A stretch of DNA of 64,000 bases. It comes from Ramazzottius varieornatus. Lineage: Eukaryota; Animalia; Tardigrada. The position numbers were made by a program, and so were the translations under genes. Below are positions 35,901 to 49,078 of the stretch, one piece after another; position 1 is the first letter of the stretch, and every line of letters begins with the position of its first letter. The stretch covers positions 4,621,777-4,685,776 of the forward strand of contig BDGG01000004.1 of the NCBI GenBank assembly GCA_001949185.1, in the 5' to 3' direction. A model generated the notes under the pieces. It saw nothing but the letters and a program-made list of their open reading frames with translations, ran no database searches and was not told where the DNA came from.

Positions 35901-38900
35901 TGATGTATTCATCCTTCAGACAAAGACCGAGTAAACGTCTGGTTTCATAGAAAAGACCTATTGATACTTGAGCGTACCTGCTCATATTTGAAGACGTGGA
36001 GGTTGAAGTAGCTCTGCAGGTGCTCGTTGGCGTAGTTGATGCAAAACTGCTCGAAACTGTTGCGTTCAAAGTTCTCAAAGCCGAATATGTCCAGCACACC
36101 TATCGATACTTCCTACCGCAACAGGAAACATGTCCTGTCATTTCCGGACGTTTTATGTAAAGAAAACAAGCGCACAGTACCTTGTCTTTAGCCGATCGAG
36201 AAGAGTGAAGAAGACGATTGGTTTGGTTGACAATCCAGTCGAACAATGAGCAGTATAACAGTTTCGCGAGGGCGTCCCGTGCGTTTATGGCCTGAAAAAG
36301 AGAAAGCTGTTAGTTACAACCCAAACGAAGCACCGAAGTTACAGGTTGAGTCAGATCAAGCCGACGGATTTTGGAAATCTATATCAAATCACCTTTTGGC
36401 TTGTCAAAGTCAGTCGTCAGTTCGTTCGATAGATCATCATCATATCTTGCAATTTGTATGAGTTTTATGGTCGTAACCTTGATCGCTTGATTGGTATGAC
36501 CAACAGAAAAACCACCCATTTTACTGGTGAAAACTAGCCTTTATCAGCGAATTTCTTTGCTGCTCGCGAAAGACTGTCGCGTTGGCTCGTACTATTTTCT
36601 TGCGGTCAACAAATGTTTGAGGTAATTTATAGAAATGATTTGATTACGTTTAGATCACATCCGAGGAAGCAACTGAAAATGATTGCTTAAATTTTTTCAA
36701 TTGTTTGCTTACCAACACGTTCAATGACCTCGTTTCCAACACGACAAGAAACTTCAGCAGAAGATTTACTTTTCCTATACCAGATTGCCGTCTCAACAAA
36801 TGTGCATGAGCGAAATATTTTCATAAATTTCGCGCAGTGGAACAGGAGCCCAAACTTGGCCATATTTCCACTTGGAAATACACTCTCGGTTTCCGAGTAC
36901 TCGGGAGTTTTTGAAACTTGATTTCGACTCGATCGCGCGATCTCAATGAGATTTTCGGAAAATAATTATAAGAATTTGGGCTACTTGGGGACAGGATTTG
37001 AAGGCGAAGACAGTATCACGGAATATTTTATAGCCTCTCAAAGTCCGTCGGCTTGATCTGAATCAACCTGTACATCTGAAGAACCCGGAAAAGCTAGGGT
37101 ATTTACCTCGGGTAGTTTGTAGTTCATGATCAGTGCCTCGTTGTAGGCAATGGCGCATTTGGATATTAAAGCTGAGTGGAGCAGCTCTTCGTTGACCTAT
37201 CGACATCCGCAAAAACCTTTAGAAAAAACTGCTCCGATAGAAGAGCATAAACCGCGTAAAGGTCTTACCTGGAGAAGACTTGCAACGATGGCAAGAACTT
37301 CCCGGTTTTGTATGATCACAGATTCGTCATGATGGTACGAGCTAGCTTTCTGCAAAGAGGACAAATAGAAGAAATCGAAGCAGCCCGAAACTTCCGGACG
37401 ACTGCGCCGGGCTACAGCGCAAAAGATTGAATTACCTTGACGTATTGGATGTTACCAATATGCAGCACAGCGGAGAGCACCGAGAAGATCCTGTCAAGAG
37501 AGATTGGCAATCAGCTGGCGGAAAAGTGATAGCAACAGATGCTGCTTCTCATCGTCGGAAAGAACTGCTGGAGAGTAAAACTGTCACTCACCGTGTCTGG
37601 GTCTCACGGGTGAATCCCACCATCTCCATGGCTTGCTTCAAGCGATCAAACTCGAACGTGCAGTCCAGTCCATTCATGTCGCCGTAATTGCTCTGGTTGA
37701 GATAATCATATGATTCAATACTATCCAGTCGTAGCTTCTTCTTCTCCTCATCGCTGCTGCCAGCCAGCATGTAGTAGAAAACGTGGTAGTTCCTGTAGTG
37801 AAAGACAGTTCAGTCCATCAGTTATCGTTCATCACCGTTCAGGGGCTTTCCGGTGGGTAGATGGGATCAAGATGGACAGTGGCCGGTGGTTCATCAACTT
37901 ACCGTTCGTTCCGAGCTTGCGAAACAATCCGAGACTTTTCCAGGAGATACTGTTGTACATTCGCTCTGCAAACACAATGGATCAAAGGGATGGACGCAAC
38001 GACAAAGATAACGGCAGAAACATCGTCAGAAGTTCAGAACACATGTTGCGCCAAGAGAAGAAGTGACGAGCAGTCTTATCGGGACTTAGTTGAGCAATCA
38101 AACGAGTCTCAATCAACGCTTCCCGCTTTCTAAACAGTAAATGAGTCATCAAAGGGAAATGGAAAATTTGACTCTGAAGTTTCTGACCCTGACCCTGACC
38201 CGGGCTAGCGTACATCGTACACGGTACCCCCCCCCCTTATTGACAATCGTACTACTTTTTGCCGTATAGTGAACCACGTCTCAAAAAAACTATGAAAAGC
38301 ACCTCGTTACGGACCTTTCCATCTGCGTGCGCAGTGCGGGTGCGCCAGCGTCGACGATGACGTTTGGTCGCAAGTGTAGTTAATTGAGTTAATTCTGATT
38401 TCTGTCGACCTTATACATAGACGCATCATCTAGGGTGGAAGGGCATTTTACCCCTGATTAAACCCTCGATCGGCAGAACTTCCTGGTAAGATGGGCAGTG
38501 TACTAGACAGCTTTCCTGCGGCTGCCTATACGGTCGATACCGAAGCTTCGCGTACCCAATTCACTGTATCAACTATCAACTCAGAGGCACGAAAACTCAC
38601 CTGGCTACTTTTCCGTCGGGCTTGTAATGCACTTGGATATACTTCCCAAATCGGGAAGAGTTATTATTGTGCGCCGTCTTCGCATTGCCGAATGCCTGCA
38701 ATCAGACAACGTATTAGATCGAATGGTATTAGACGCAGTAGATCAAACATAATTCCATTTTCTGCAGGTTTCTTTCATAAAGAGCCATTTCTAAAAGTCC
38801 CAGACTCCCGGATATTGATTATGCGCTACATACGCAGCTGCACACCGATCCCATTGTTGTTTCCCGCCAATGTTGCGGGGTACCCAACAGATAAACAAAT

Positions 38901-41497
38901 GGCGTAATGAGTGTCACATTTGTGGGGAAATAAAACAACAGCGCCTAAGATAAGTCTCGCCCAAGGCATGAACTAACTTCGGATCCTACCGACTTTGATA
39001 CGGGTTCCCAAAAACCAAGCACTGCAAGGCTGTCTCTTAAAACAACGCTACGCCTTAAATTCATCGAGGGAGAATGTTTCGCCACCGCAGATAGTGCAAA
39101 CATAACATGGCCTTTCTACAAACTGGGTTTAATCAGCGGGTGACAATCCTTATTCTTTCCCTATCGACCATGTAATGTGTTTCTGTATGACGAGTTGGAG
39201 AGGACGCTTGATCGTTCGTCAGCCCCGTAATTTCATAAACAACATTCTTGTCCCCAGGTTTCCTACATCAAAAGTGTCAGCCTGGAATGGAGATCAGAAT
39301 GCTCCTACGAGGTTGCGATGTGTCGTGCACTTGAGAGATCCAGTTCTGTTCCCTGTCACAACTACACTTGCTAGTCGGTTCAGCTTGCAATTACGAGAAC
39401 CCACCATGTAACTCTTTCCTCGAAGAAAACTTTCGGCTTCTTTCTGACAAGTACGACGAATCAAAGACTATTCGCCGTCACACACTATTTTTACGGCTTC
39501 CGCCAATGGGAGCTTGACAAGCGAACTCAACAAGACTGTTCTCCCCAGTGGCGCACGTTTTCAGTGAATTTGTCTGCAAGCATGCGCCACCGGGAAAAAC
39601 GGTCTTATCAAGCCTCCTCTGTATTTTCTCGAGAAGATGCGACAGTTAGGTGTCTATTCAGGGGCTGGTGGATGAATGTCATTCTCACGACCAGTAGGTC
39701 AAGGTTAACAAGCGCGGAAGTTTGCCAGTTGACCACATTCTCGTGACTCGGCATATTGCATAATCACCACACTTGCTCCGACAAACATGGAGTCAGCGAT
39801 CAGCAAACTTGAGCTTCACCGTTTTACGGGACATGTTTCGGCTATTACTGAACACCACAAAACGGTCGCCAAAGACTTGCCGACACTTGTGTGCAAACCG
39901 ATGCAAAGGGAGAAATAACTTTACGACTTCCAGTTAATATATCGTAAAGCGATGAGTTATGACCATGTCGAATCTGTCGTTAACCGATATCACAAATCGC
40001 CAGATCGATCTCGCCTTTAACGGTCGCGCCTGCTTCGCTTCATCAGTTTCCTACTAGCTATCGCACATCAAAACGGCCTCACCTCCAAAACAGGAGCGGC
40101 GCTGAGGATGCTCTGCTCGATCTTGCCGCCTTGTTCCGCCCCTTTATGGCTCAGTGCGGTCAGGTGATGGAGGATGAAGTGTGTACACTCGGTTTTCCCA
40201 CTGCCCGATTCGCCTACAGTAAAAAGAAAACAGATTACAGTACTAGCACCTTCATTGTGACAGCGGAATCGTATGACTGTGTGATTACCGGAAATGACAA
40301 TGCACTGATCGCGCCGGTGACGCATCATAGTGTTGTAAGCCACATCGGCAATGGCAAAGATGTGGGGCGGAAGGTTGAGCGAGGGCTGAATGTCCGTCTG
40401 GTACAGCGAGACCACTTTGGGGTTGTAAAGCGGGTAGAACTTGTAAGGGTTGATGGAGACGAGGATGCTGGGTCCCGCCGAGGTGTAGATGCGCCCTTCC
40501 TCGAACCGATCCTGCAGGTTGTTCAGGATGGTGGCTTCCGTCAGTTCGGGCAGTTGGCAGAGATCAGAGACGGTGTCGTCCTCGCTGAAAAACTTGTGGA
40601 GGAACGAGTCGGAGGCGAAGTAGCTGGCTAGATCGCACTCTAGCCACTGTGGGTGAGGTTCAGGGACGTCGGGTAGACAGTCGCTGACACGAAAGGCAAA
40701 GGTCTCGCGGGTAAAGCTGTCCGAGTCAGAGGAGCCCGGTGAGACTTGTTCTTTGGGCCACAGAAGCTGCAGCTGGGCTGGGTGATCATCAAAAGTCAGA
40801 CGACGCTCTTTGCACACTTGGCCCAGATCGTCGTAGACAACTTCGCTGATGGCGTAAGAATCCACAGCCCGTCTTTGATAGCCATTACTGCATAGCTGGT
40901 GCAGGACGTGCCGCAGAACCTCGTCGGCTCGCGTACCTGTCATGGATAACCAAATGTACATCGCATTTTCTTTGTTTCAGTTCCATTCATATCTCAAGTT
41001 TCTTTCGCTTTTTACTTTTTTCTGTTTGAGAGCTGGGCAAACGAACATAACAAGATCACTATCCAAAGTGGCGCACGCTTTCAGCCAGTAACATCGTAAA
41101 CCTGCACCACTTGAGAACTCGACAAGATTGTTTCTCCAAGTGGCGCACGTGTTCTGCCAATTACACTGAGAAGGTGCGCCCTTGAGAAAACAATCTTGTC
41201 GGGCTTGCTTGCCGAGCTTCCATTGCCAATTCCTGTATGGGATAAAGACCGGTAATACGTACTCTTGGAAGCGCGAAGTTGTATCTGGCAAGGTGGGATA
41301 CCGTCGAGGCTAACGTCAAAGCTGAGCTCGTAGGTCGGTTCATTGGCGGAGGGTCGTTCGCGGATGGCTGCCGAATGCTTCACCTTCCGGTAGGTTAAAT
41401 TGGACAGTTGGGACTGCGTGATCTGCATCTTGGCCAGCGAATCGCGGCGGGGTTGCTGAAGGTGCAAGGGGGGAACAGCTTCTAAATCCTTCATCAT
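29942..41497 (-). CDS. MYO9: Unconventional myosin IX (RA, motor, IQ, C1, RhoGAP), multi-exon
   Basis: N-terminal RA-like region, P-loop [67 protein letters not shown] motifs, C1 domain ([18 protein letters not shown]) and RhoGAP ([18 protein letters not shown]). Ends DEVVWL*. Confidence 0.95.
32528..32640. repeat. Family A intronic palindromic element (myosin IX)
   Basis: TTTTTCCAAGTGGCGCA...TGCGCCACTTGAGGAAAAGATCTGGTCG. Confidence 0.85.
33108..33221. repeat. Family A intronic palindromic element (myosin IX)
   Basis: Outer arms TGGGAGTTCGGAAAACAAG / CTTGTTTTCCGAACTCCCA match perfectly; inner CCAAGTGGCGCAC. Confidence 0.88.
33862..33972. repeat. Family A intronic palindromic element (myosin IX)
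   Basis: GGAAGCTTGGCAAA..CTCGACAAGATTGTTT..AAGTGGCGCA...GTGCGTTACTTGG..TCGAG. Confidence 0.8.
33999..34165. mobile_element. Tc1/mariner-type MITE, family B, copy 2 (myosin IX intron)
   Basis: TA-CAGTGTATGACAAAATAAACCGTTAAAAATGGG ... CCCATTTTTAACGGTTAATTTTGTCGTACAC. The interior is the reverse complement of 4978-5146. Confidence 0.85.
34770..34892. repeat. Family A intronic palindromic element (myosin IX)
   Basis: TGGAAC..AAACGAACTC..TCAACTCGCGCACATT...AATGTGCCCGACTTGA..GAGTTTGT..GCCAAGCTTCCA. Confidence 0.75.
35519..35635. repeat. Family A intronic palindromic element (myosin IX)
   Basis: TTGGCAAACAAACTCGACAA..CCAAGTGGCG...GTGCGCC..TCGAGTTTTGTT. Confidence 0.8.
39507..39615. repeat. Family A intronic palindromic element (myosin IX)
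   Basis: TGGGAGCTTG..AACTCAACAAGACTGTT..CCCAGTGGCGCA...TGCGCCACCGGGAAAAACGGTCTT. Confidence 0.8.
41028..41222. repeat. Family A element, tandem/nested double copy (myosin IX intron 1)
   Basis: Two consecutive AAGTGGCGCAC...(G)TGC(A/G)CC(A)CTTGAG units inside one pair of outer arms GAGCTGGGCAAAC / GCTTGCCGAGCTTCCA. Confidence 0.85.
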
Positions 41498-44400
41498 TTC
41501 CTGCCACCAATGGCAAGACGTCCGTTAAATCGTTACCGTCCTCAGGCCATCGCCATCACTCAAAAATAAAACCATAATAATAAAGAGCGTATTTACCTGT
41601 TCGTGCGTAGAACTGACCAAGAAAGCAAAACAGCGGTCGATCAAGACCCACCGCACGTCTTCCAAACGAGACTCATTTCCCGAGTAAAAGATTAAAACGA
41701 TCAAAAGCTATAGATGGTCTCTGTCGTCAAAACGGTGTTCAACAAGGAAAAGAAATGATAGTTGCACGGCCAACATGGTGGTTGGTTCCTTGGTTTCTTC
41801 GGCAGTGCATAACGGAGCTTAATGAAGCGTCATCAACGTCGCTTTTTAGTCAAGCTCGGCGTCGTTAAGTGGCGAAAGTGCGCGGTGGTATTTCATGGCT
41901 ACCATCCGCCAGCTTTCTTCAGCTTGGGCAGCAACTGTAAGAAAAACAGAAAGAGAAACATGAGACATTCTTCCATTTAGACAAATCGAAGGCGTACAGC
42001 ATGGCTCGACCACGCGATGGCGCGTAAAAGACTGTTGCTCATGCGCGGACCTCACAGCTAAAGTCTAACATGTGTAAATGGGTGGAAGCGTGTCGATTGT
42101 GTACAAAGACGCGCTGGTGAAAATACACAAAAGATTGTGTGCTCGAAATGTGAAAGAGGGGGCTAAAGTGCACTATTGGAAGTGGAGCCCAGATAAGAGC
42201 TTGCATATTATAAATCACTTTCAACGGTAGACCACTGTAGACAACGTGTTCTCCTCACGGCTGTTTGCCCTTCCGTCATTCCCCTTGAATCTTATCACTA
42301 CCTGCACGACTTCGGTCTCCGATCCAACCAAGCCGCACTATCTTACGCCGTTTCGCTTTCTTTCTTCCGCAAGTAACTTCTTAACCCCGCTCGAAAAACT
42401 GGTTTCTGTTCGCCAAGTATGGCAACCGTTTCGGTCCGCTGAAGTTCGCCGACTTTTGAGGGAAATATTTACCAGCAATTCGTCGGAGATGTACGATACG
42501 ATTCCGCTGGTGTCCGAATCTCTCTTCCCGGATCTTCGGAACCCCTGCTCGTATCCAATGTACCGCGTATCCGATTTTTTGTTTTCTAGCCCGAGTGCCT
42601 GTTCGACGTGTTCGTAACCGACGAGCTTTTGATCGAGTTACATGCTTTGCAATTAGGCAGTCTAATTAGCGACATGAAGTCGACGAAGCACAAACGTAAC
42701 GCCAAGATCCCAGCTCGTAAGAAAAGACGTTAAAGAACTGACGATTGAAGAGCCAGAAGTGAGAGCGGCAGCTGGCTAATGGAACCAAAGAACTTGATGG
42801 AAACTTGTTGTAACAAGTGCGTGAACAGACATAACGCGCCACACTGTCTGTCCCCATCGAAAGCTGCATATGTAGCAAGTGATGAAGAGAGAACATGTAA
42901 TCAAGGTTAATTACTTGTGTGGCGATTGAGATTCGATTCATACACATGCATCCCACGCGATCTACCAGACTGAAAGTGCACGTACCACAATCACAAGCAA
43001 CTTCCTCCTCCAACGCCGGTATAAACTGCCCACCTCATCGTTTTCATGCATGATTATGCCCAAAGAACAAACAAAACGGATAAAGATTCGGAGCGTGACC
43101 GTAAGAAACGTCTATCGAGTTAACCACGTACATATTTCCGCCCTGTCTCAAAATACTCCCGACTGTTGTGGCCGTGCGTGAGCACAATAACAACCTGATA
43201 TGCTCCAGTGAACTTCCCAAATACCTCAACGGAATTCCTTCATGCCTAGATTATACTCTCTGTGCTTAAATGGACAAGCTGAGGTCAGCCCACCTTCTCA
43301 GGTCAGAGAGGAAAGTATTCAACGACGAAATATACTCTGGCCGAAATTCGAAACTTGGTGGAGAACTCGAATCGTTTTGCTGTCACGCGGCGGAGATTAG
43401 AGTAGCTGTACAGTGATGCGGCATACTCGGAAGAGGCAAAGTACGCTGCGAACTTCGGACTCGAAAGAGAGATATTCCCGGCGCGCATATGCAAACAGTC
43501 CTTGTATTGACATTGTCCTGACGAAACATGCACACTCGAGACTTGAGTAATAACATGCAGAGCACACACGGCAATGTTGATCACCGTTCAATAGACCTAA
43601 ACCTCAGGCAAAGTTTCCCAATTTGACGCAGTTACAAACGTACGAACCATATTAAACGAGAATAGCTACACACAAAGTAACAAAAATTCGGGTCGGCATA
43701 CCTCGGAAGTCAGCAAGTGAAGTTCCACAAACGGCAGAAATCAGATATGACGGACCCACTGGTCAGATGCGGTCCTTGTGATAATATTTGCCGAAAGGCA
43801 TGTCCGTTTGTCGTCACAAAAACCAGGCTCCTTCGTTTGACACGGTAAGTAGCGTTGTAGCATTGCGTCGCGTCGAATGATGTGGAGAAACAAGTGCTGA
43901 GCGATGTCAACGCCACACGTTTTTCTCCAAGCAGCTAGCGCAAGACCAAGACGAAGATTATGGATGGCCTGGAATTACGAGAAGTTGAAGAGTGAGAGTT
44001 ATGAACGTCATATATTTTTCTTAGCCATTCCTCGGCAGCAGAAGCAAGGCAAAAGTCGCCTTGGCGTCCATTCAAACCGGCTAAAAATAACCGGCAAATT
44101 GCTTATGGCTGCCATATCCCAAGCCAAAGCGGCTCTAGTGCTACACAAGCAGCGGATTGTGCATCACGAGGAAATAGCAGAGCGTGTTCGGAACCTGGCT
44201 ATATAGCTGCAGAGCAGCTGCGTCGCTCAGCTTTCATACACAGCATAATTATCCAGCCAGGAAAATACTCTCATATTTCATATGCGAAAGAGACATGTCC
44301 ATAAGACTCTCTCTTCTCGTCTTCCGTGACTGCAACATACCGAAGAGAAGACGCACAACTCAGTGGAACTTGCATGCAAATTAATCTCTCTTCACACCCG

Positions 44401-46081
44401 GCACACGCGCGCATATACTTGCGATATGCTGTGAAATGTACACTGGCTAGTCCGGCATAAACGCGTGTACGAAGAATGTAGCCCTGTACAATGGTCATGT
44501 GTCTGATAAGTAACATAACCGCGTACGCAGCTGTCCTAACGACGAAAGAGACAACCGGAGAAACAAGACGATTAACTGCCCTTGAGACGTGAACACGTTC
44601 AACGTGCGCCATAACAGACTTTCTTCCGAACGGTCGTCATCTCGCACCAAGTCTTGTCATCGCCTCGTCCAAGGTCGCTACAACCAGACAACGTAATGAT
44701 AATGATCACAAAATTTGCGCCATTGTTCAACCTGGGTCTCCGTCAACACATTTTCACCTGTAGAGCAACACAATATAGGATGAAGGCCGAGAGACATTTG
44801 GTCGAGAAACCGATAGAGTGATCATCTATAAGGGAACGCTGCAGCCTGTTCTCTTCCGGCAACCCGAAACCTATGAACGAAGCCAATGAGCCCAGTTAAG
44901 CGCAACAGGTCGCTGCACAGGCTTATCGACTTGTCAAACATCTTGCCAAGAACGTCCTTGTGACCATCCTCGATTACAGCAAGTCCCTAGGGCACTCCCA
45001 CTAGTTCACAAGTCACACCGACAGTCCCCCGCTGTCAAGCCCGTATCTGCAAACAAAAAACACATTGTGTTTCACATACCCGAATTTCGCGTAGTGATCC
45101 AACGTGAGCAGAAAAGATTGTCTCCAGCAGGCCGTGGTACTGGCATATGTGGTCGAATGTCCACCGGAAGTAGCTCTGCTTAACGAGCTGTCCATCGTCA
45201 TCCACCGCTGTCCACTTTACAATACTTTACATAACAGGGAGAGGCTTCTGCGAGATGCCATATCCACTTTACAAATCAGCAAGCTTTCCTCAGGGTTAGT
45301 TTTCCTGTAACAACATACGAAGACATGTACCTCGGATACAGCAATAATAATGGTCCCATGGCCAGCATTCACGACATGAAGATTCTGGCCAACCATCCTG
45401 CACAGATTAGTAAGATTACGACAACAACAACATAATTATTACCGCTGGATCTAGCATCGGCTGGTTTTTATGGACGATCCCAGCGACGTTGATGCCAGAC
45501 ACATTCGAGCGATACCAAACTACCAATGGGCCTCAGTACAAAGTCACTCGGGGAGATTTTCGAACCTGTAGAACAAGCAAATCAGAACTTCAGCAGGCTA
45601 TAATTACCGTGAAAGAGTGGATGAGTGAAGCTGACTGTCGTCCGCTAGCCTCGTGGCATCGTCGAGTGATGATCTTTCCGTCAATAAAGAAACACTGCTC
45701 TCCCGCAGCAAGATAGCACTTTGTAGACAGATCGCGCCGACGTGACAGTCTGGAGAGGATGCCGTCCGCACGTAGGTACGTAATTTAACGGACCTTGCGG
45801 AGTAACAAAAACTAGAACGCCTTTTGTTTACGTTTTTCCCGTTCGACTCAGAGTTGGAACTTGGAACTTCCGGGCGGTGCCAAAATTTTCGTGTTATGGC
45901 TCACCCTGGGTAGACCAAGCAGCCCCTGGGGCTAGGATTTTACTAACGGACGACCTCGGCCACCTGAACAGATTTCGTAATTTCCTTTGTGTTAGTTAGG
46001 CCAATCAGGGAAACATTGATCAATCATCATCAGCCCTGGTCTGCTTCTTTATGCGCAGCTTGCAGGAAGGAGCTGCGCAAG

Positions 46082-48391
46082 ATGGGGAAGCACTACTGGG
46101 AGGATATCGCCACTGGGGACGTGGATAGTGCGTCGAGTAACTCGGTATGGACAGCTGTGCAACTTTGGATCAATCGTCCTCATTTGCTGAATCGCCGGCT
46201 GTCAGGTGTGGCGGAAGCACTGAGAGTCGAAGCACCACTGGACATGAGCCAGCTGTCACAGGGATCGTCAGAATGGTCGGCTACACTGTCCCACCACCTT
46301 CTTCGTCTGGACGAGTTGCTCGAGGAACAGTATGCCATCTTGGTTAGAGAGATGATCTCGCGCACTGTTCATTACCGGAACGAATATGAAGCTCTTCTTA
46401 TATGTACGTATGAGGGACTCACCCTTGTATTATGGTTGTCCATATCTCGCAGCGTTCTTCTCTGCTTGTAGCGAAACGGGACGATTGGGTGGTCTTCCTG
46501 CCTTTGCGAATCGACGTACTTGACGATGATAGTACGATGAAGAATGGTCCTCGGAAATTTGCGACGGCGAGTTGCGTCTACAGGATAAGCTGGCAAGAAG
46601 AGAAGTCAGCTGGTAGTCCCTCCACGCAAATTAGAATCTCCGTTCTGTTAGATGGAGGGGGTAATGAAAGAGCTACGAAGTCGGAAGACTGGTTGAAAGA
46701 GCACTTACTTCCGAAGTTGGTCAGCTGGGCATCGAAACCAAAGAAAGTGGAAGGATCCGGCGATGCTGAGTCCACCGACCAGAGCTCACTGAGACTCATC
46801 TCTGTCAAAGATTACACCAGAACTCTACTGGATTTGAAGGAGAAGTACAGCCGGAAACTCATCGAGGTACGGCCAGACGTTCCTTCGATATGGTTTTCGT
46901 TTTTTCCTTCATAATAGCATTGATATACTATATGTATTCATTCCACTGACAGAGTTGGACGGAATCAACGGATCCCATCAAGTTTGTCAGCGAAGACTTA
47001 TGCATTGCTGCGTATCTCCTGGTAAACTCCATCCCTTGATATTCTGTCTTGCTCCCTGTGTGAAAACTGAGGGAGATCTGACTAGTGGGACTTGTTGTTT
47101 TCTAGACCTTGTGGAGGAGTAACTGTTCGTCGGACAAGGAAAACTGCAGCACGGAACTTCCTTCTTTCGTCGACCTTGGCTGTGGAAACGGCCTGTTGGT
47201 CCACATCTTGTCACTCGAAGGAGTAAGAGAACCTCGGGCTGTAAATTTCGTTATCGGGTTCAGTCTTTACCCTTGGTTTTTCAGTGCCGAGGGGTGGGTA
47301 TCGATGTCCGGAACCGGAGGATATGGCATAGCTTTGGGTCAGGTACGCAGCTGGAAGAACGAACACTGGACCCATCCACCGACACTTTCCCCCACGTTGA
47401 CTGGGTCATCGGCAACCATTCCGACGAAGTGAGTCTCGATACCGAACAGCAAGATTTTGGTACGACATTATCAACCGTGCTTGATTCTCGTTGTAGTTGA
47501 CGCCGTGGATTCCCTATATGGCCGCACGGTTTGTCAACATCGTATCACCCTTTCGTAAGGTCACCAGCTTTTCACCACCATGATACATTTTGATTTTGCA
47601 GGTCGTCATATCGATGCAGATTCTTCCTGCTGCCATGTTGTGCTTTCGACTTTAACAAGAAGTTCAACAAGCCGGCCAATGAAAGCCAGTACAGCGCCTA
47701 CTACAAGTACGTTCACAGCCTCTGTCAAGAATTCGGCTTCCAGGCCGAGCAAGACATTCTGCGGATCCCCTCCACTAAGAAGCGGTGTTTCATCGGTAGA
47801 ACACGACACTATGCCGAGCAAGAACAAGAAGCACAGCAAGCCCGTAACAAGGTCTTCTTGGCCAGTCGTCTCGAGGACCGCCCATCCAGCTTCGTGGTAC
47901 GCGATGCTGTCGAGGCGGTGCGCAACTGTAGTCGACTGCCACAAGACACCAAAGACCAAATCATCCATCGGATCAAGGATGAGCTGCTAAGTGGGCCGCT
48001 GTACATGGAAGGCGCCAATGGACGGTGGAATGCCGGAAGTGGACTGTCACTCGCTGAGCTCAGTGGTCGACTGGACCCGAACCTGCTCAACGCCATGAGG
48101 AGCCAGTGTGGTGGACTGCAGACTTTCATTAGAAATCACAAGTTCATATTTGGTATTGAGAACGGTTATGTACGGTTAAGAAACTACTCTTGTGATGTTC
48201 AGAGAAAGCCGCTTTCTAGAACCAAGAGCAGGTCGAAGCCGACAAATGTCGTGCAGAGTACAGCGAGCAAACCTTGCTTCTTCTTTCATCATCATCCCGA
48301 TGGTTGCCCCCTAGCCAGTTCTAACTGTGCTTATAATCACGATGGTCCCTTTCAGTGTAAGCTTTGTCATGAGGCCAGAACTGCCGAGTAA
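46082..48391 (+). CDS. TRMT44: tRNA (uracil-O2-)-methyltransferase Trm44
   Basis: WINRPHLLNRRL, DPIKFVSEDLCIAAYLL, FVDLGCGNGLLVHIL, GIDVRNRRIW, DWVIGNHSDELTPWIP, FFLLPCC, LRIPSTKKRC and a C-terminal CCCH finger (CFFFHHHPDGCP...C.Y.H). Confidence 0.93.
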
Positions 48392-48487
48392 AATCGAAGC
48401 CGACTTCTAGTACGAAATACGTAACTGGCTGTTTAGGGAAGAGGAAATTGAGACAGAATCTTTGCAAGGAAACGAGGTCCAGCGCAG

Positions 48488-49078
48488 TCAGTGCGCGAGT
48501 TCAGGTTGGACCTCAACGTGGTTATCGGGGTGGGAAGGTTCTTCAAGTGTCAAATTTTGAGTCTTTTGGGAGGAAAGGATCTTCTTGGGTCGAAACACTA
48601 TGAAAGGTTTGCGGCTGGCTCCTTGGTTTTCGGCGTACTCCTGGTATCTCGCGTCTGCCAGATCGAATCCGTTAACTCGACCTGCACGATTTGGGATGGT
48701 GCTATCCATGTCATTGAGCATGCTGGTCGTCTTCGTTGGGCTGTCTTTCAAATACGGCAAAATGAACGTGAGGTTGGAACTCAACTTGGGTGCTTGGTCG
48801 AGATCGTCTACGGACAGTGGCGGATATTCAGTGAATCGCGTTTTTCTTGAGGGCCGTACTAGAAAGAAAAAGCCTACGCCCGTAAAGTTGTCTGCGTAAT
48901 TGAACAGTACACACGAGTGAGAGGTCTTACCGGGACCCAATGTGGTGTGACAATCACAGTAAAGTACGACGGTCAGGAAGAGGAGCTTGACGCAAGCAAG
49001 TGCGGGACGATTGAATATGCGGAGTTGAACGTCACTATATAGGTTGAGGATAAGGAAAGAGCGCATTCCGCTCACCAT
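48488..49078 (-). CDS. Hypothetical protein, 196-aa ORF with a hydrophobic N-terminal half
   Basis: Long ATG-initiated ORF convergent with TRMT44. No recognisable domain. Confidence 0.3.
   Translation of the reverse strand: MVSGMRSFLILNLYSDVQLRIFNRPALACVKLLFLTVVLYCDCHTTLGPGKTSHSCVLFNYADNFTGVGFFFLVRPSRKTRFTEYPPLSVDDLDQAPKLSSNLTFILPYLKDSPTKTTSMLNDMDSTIPNRAGRVNGFDLADARYQEYAENQGASRKPFIVFRPKKILSSQKTQNLTLEEPSHPDNHVEVQPELAH

Noticed and set aside
20311-41222. Family A repeats with variable ~25-nt loops as a CRISPR-like array
   Set aside because: Copies are dispersed singly in eukaryotic introns, the arms are inverted rather than direct repeats, the loops share a consensus, and there are no cas genes.
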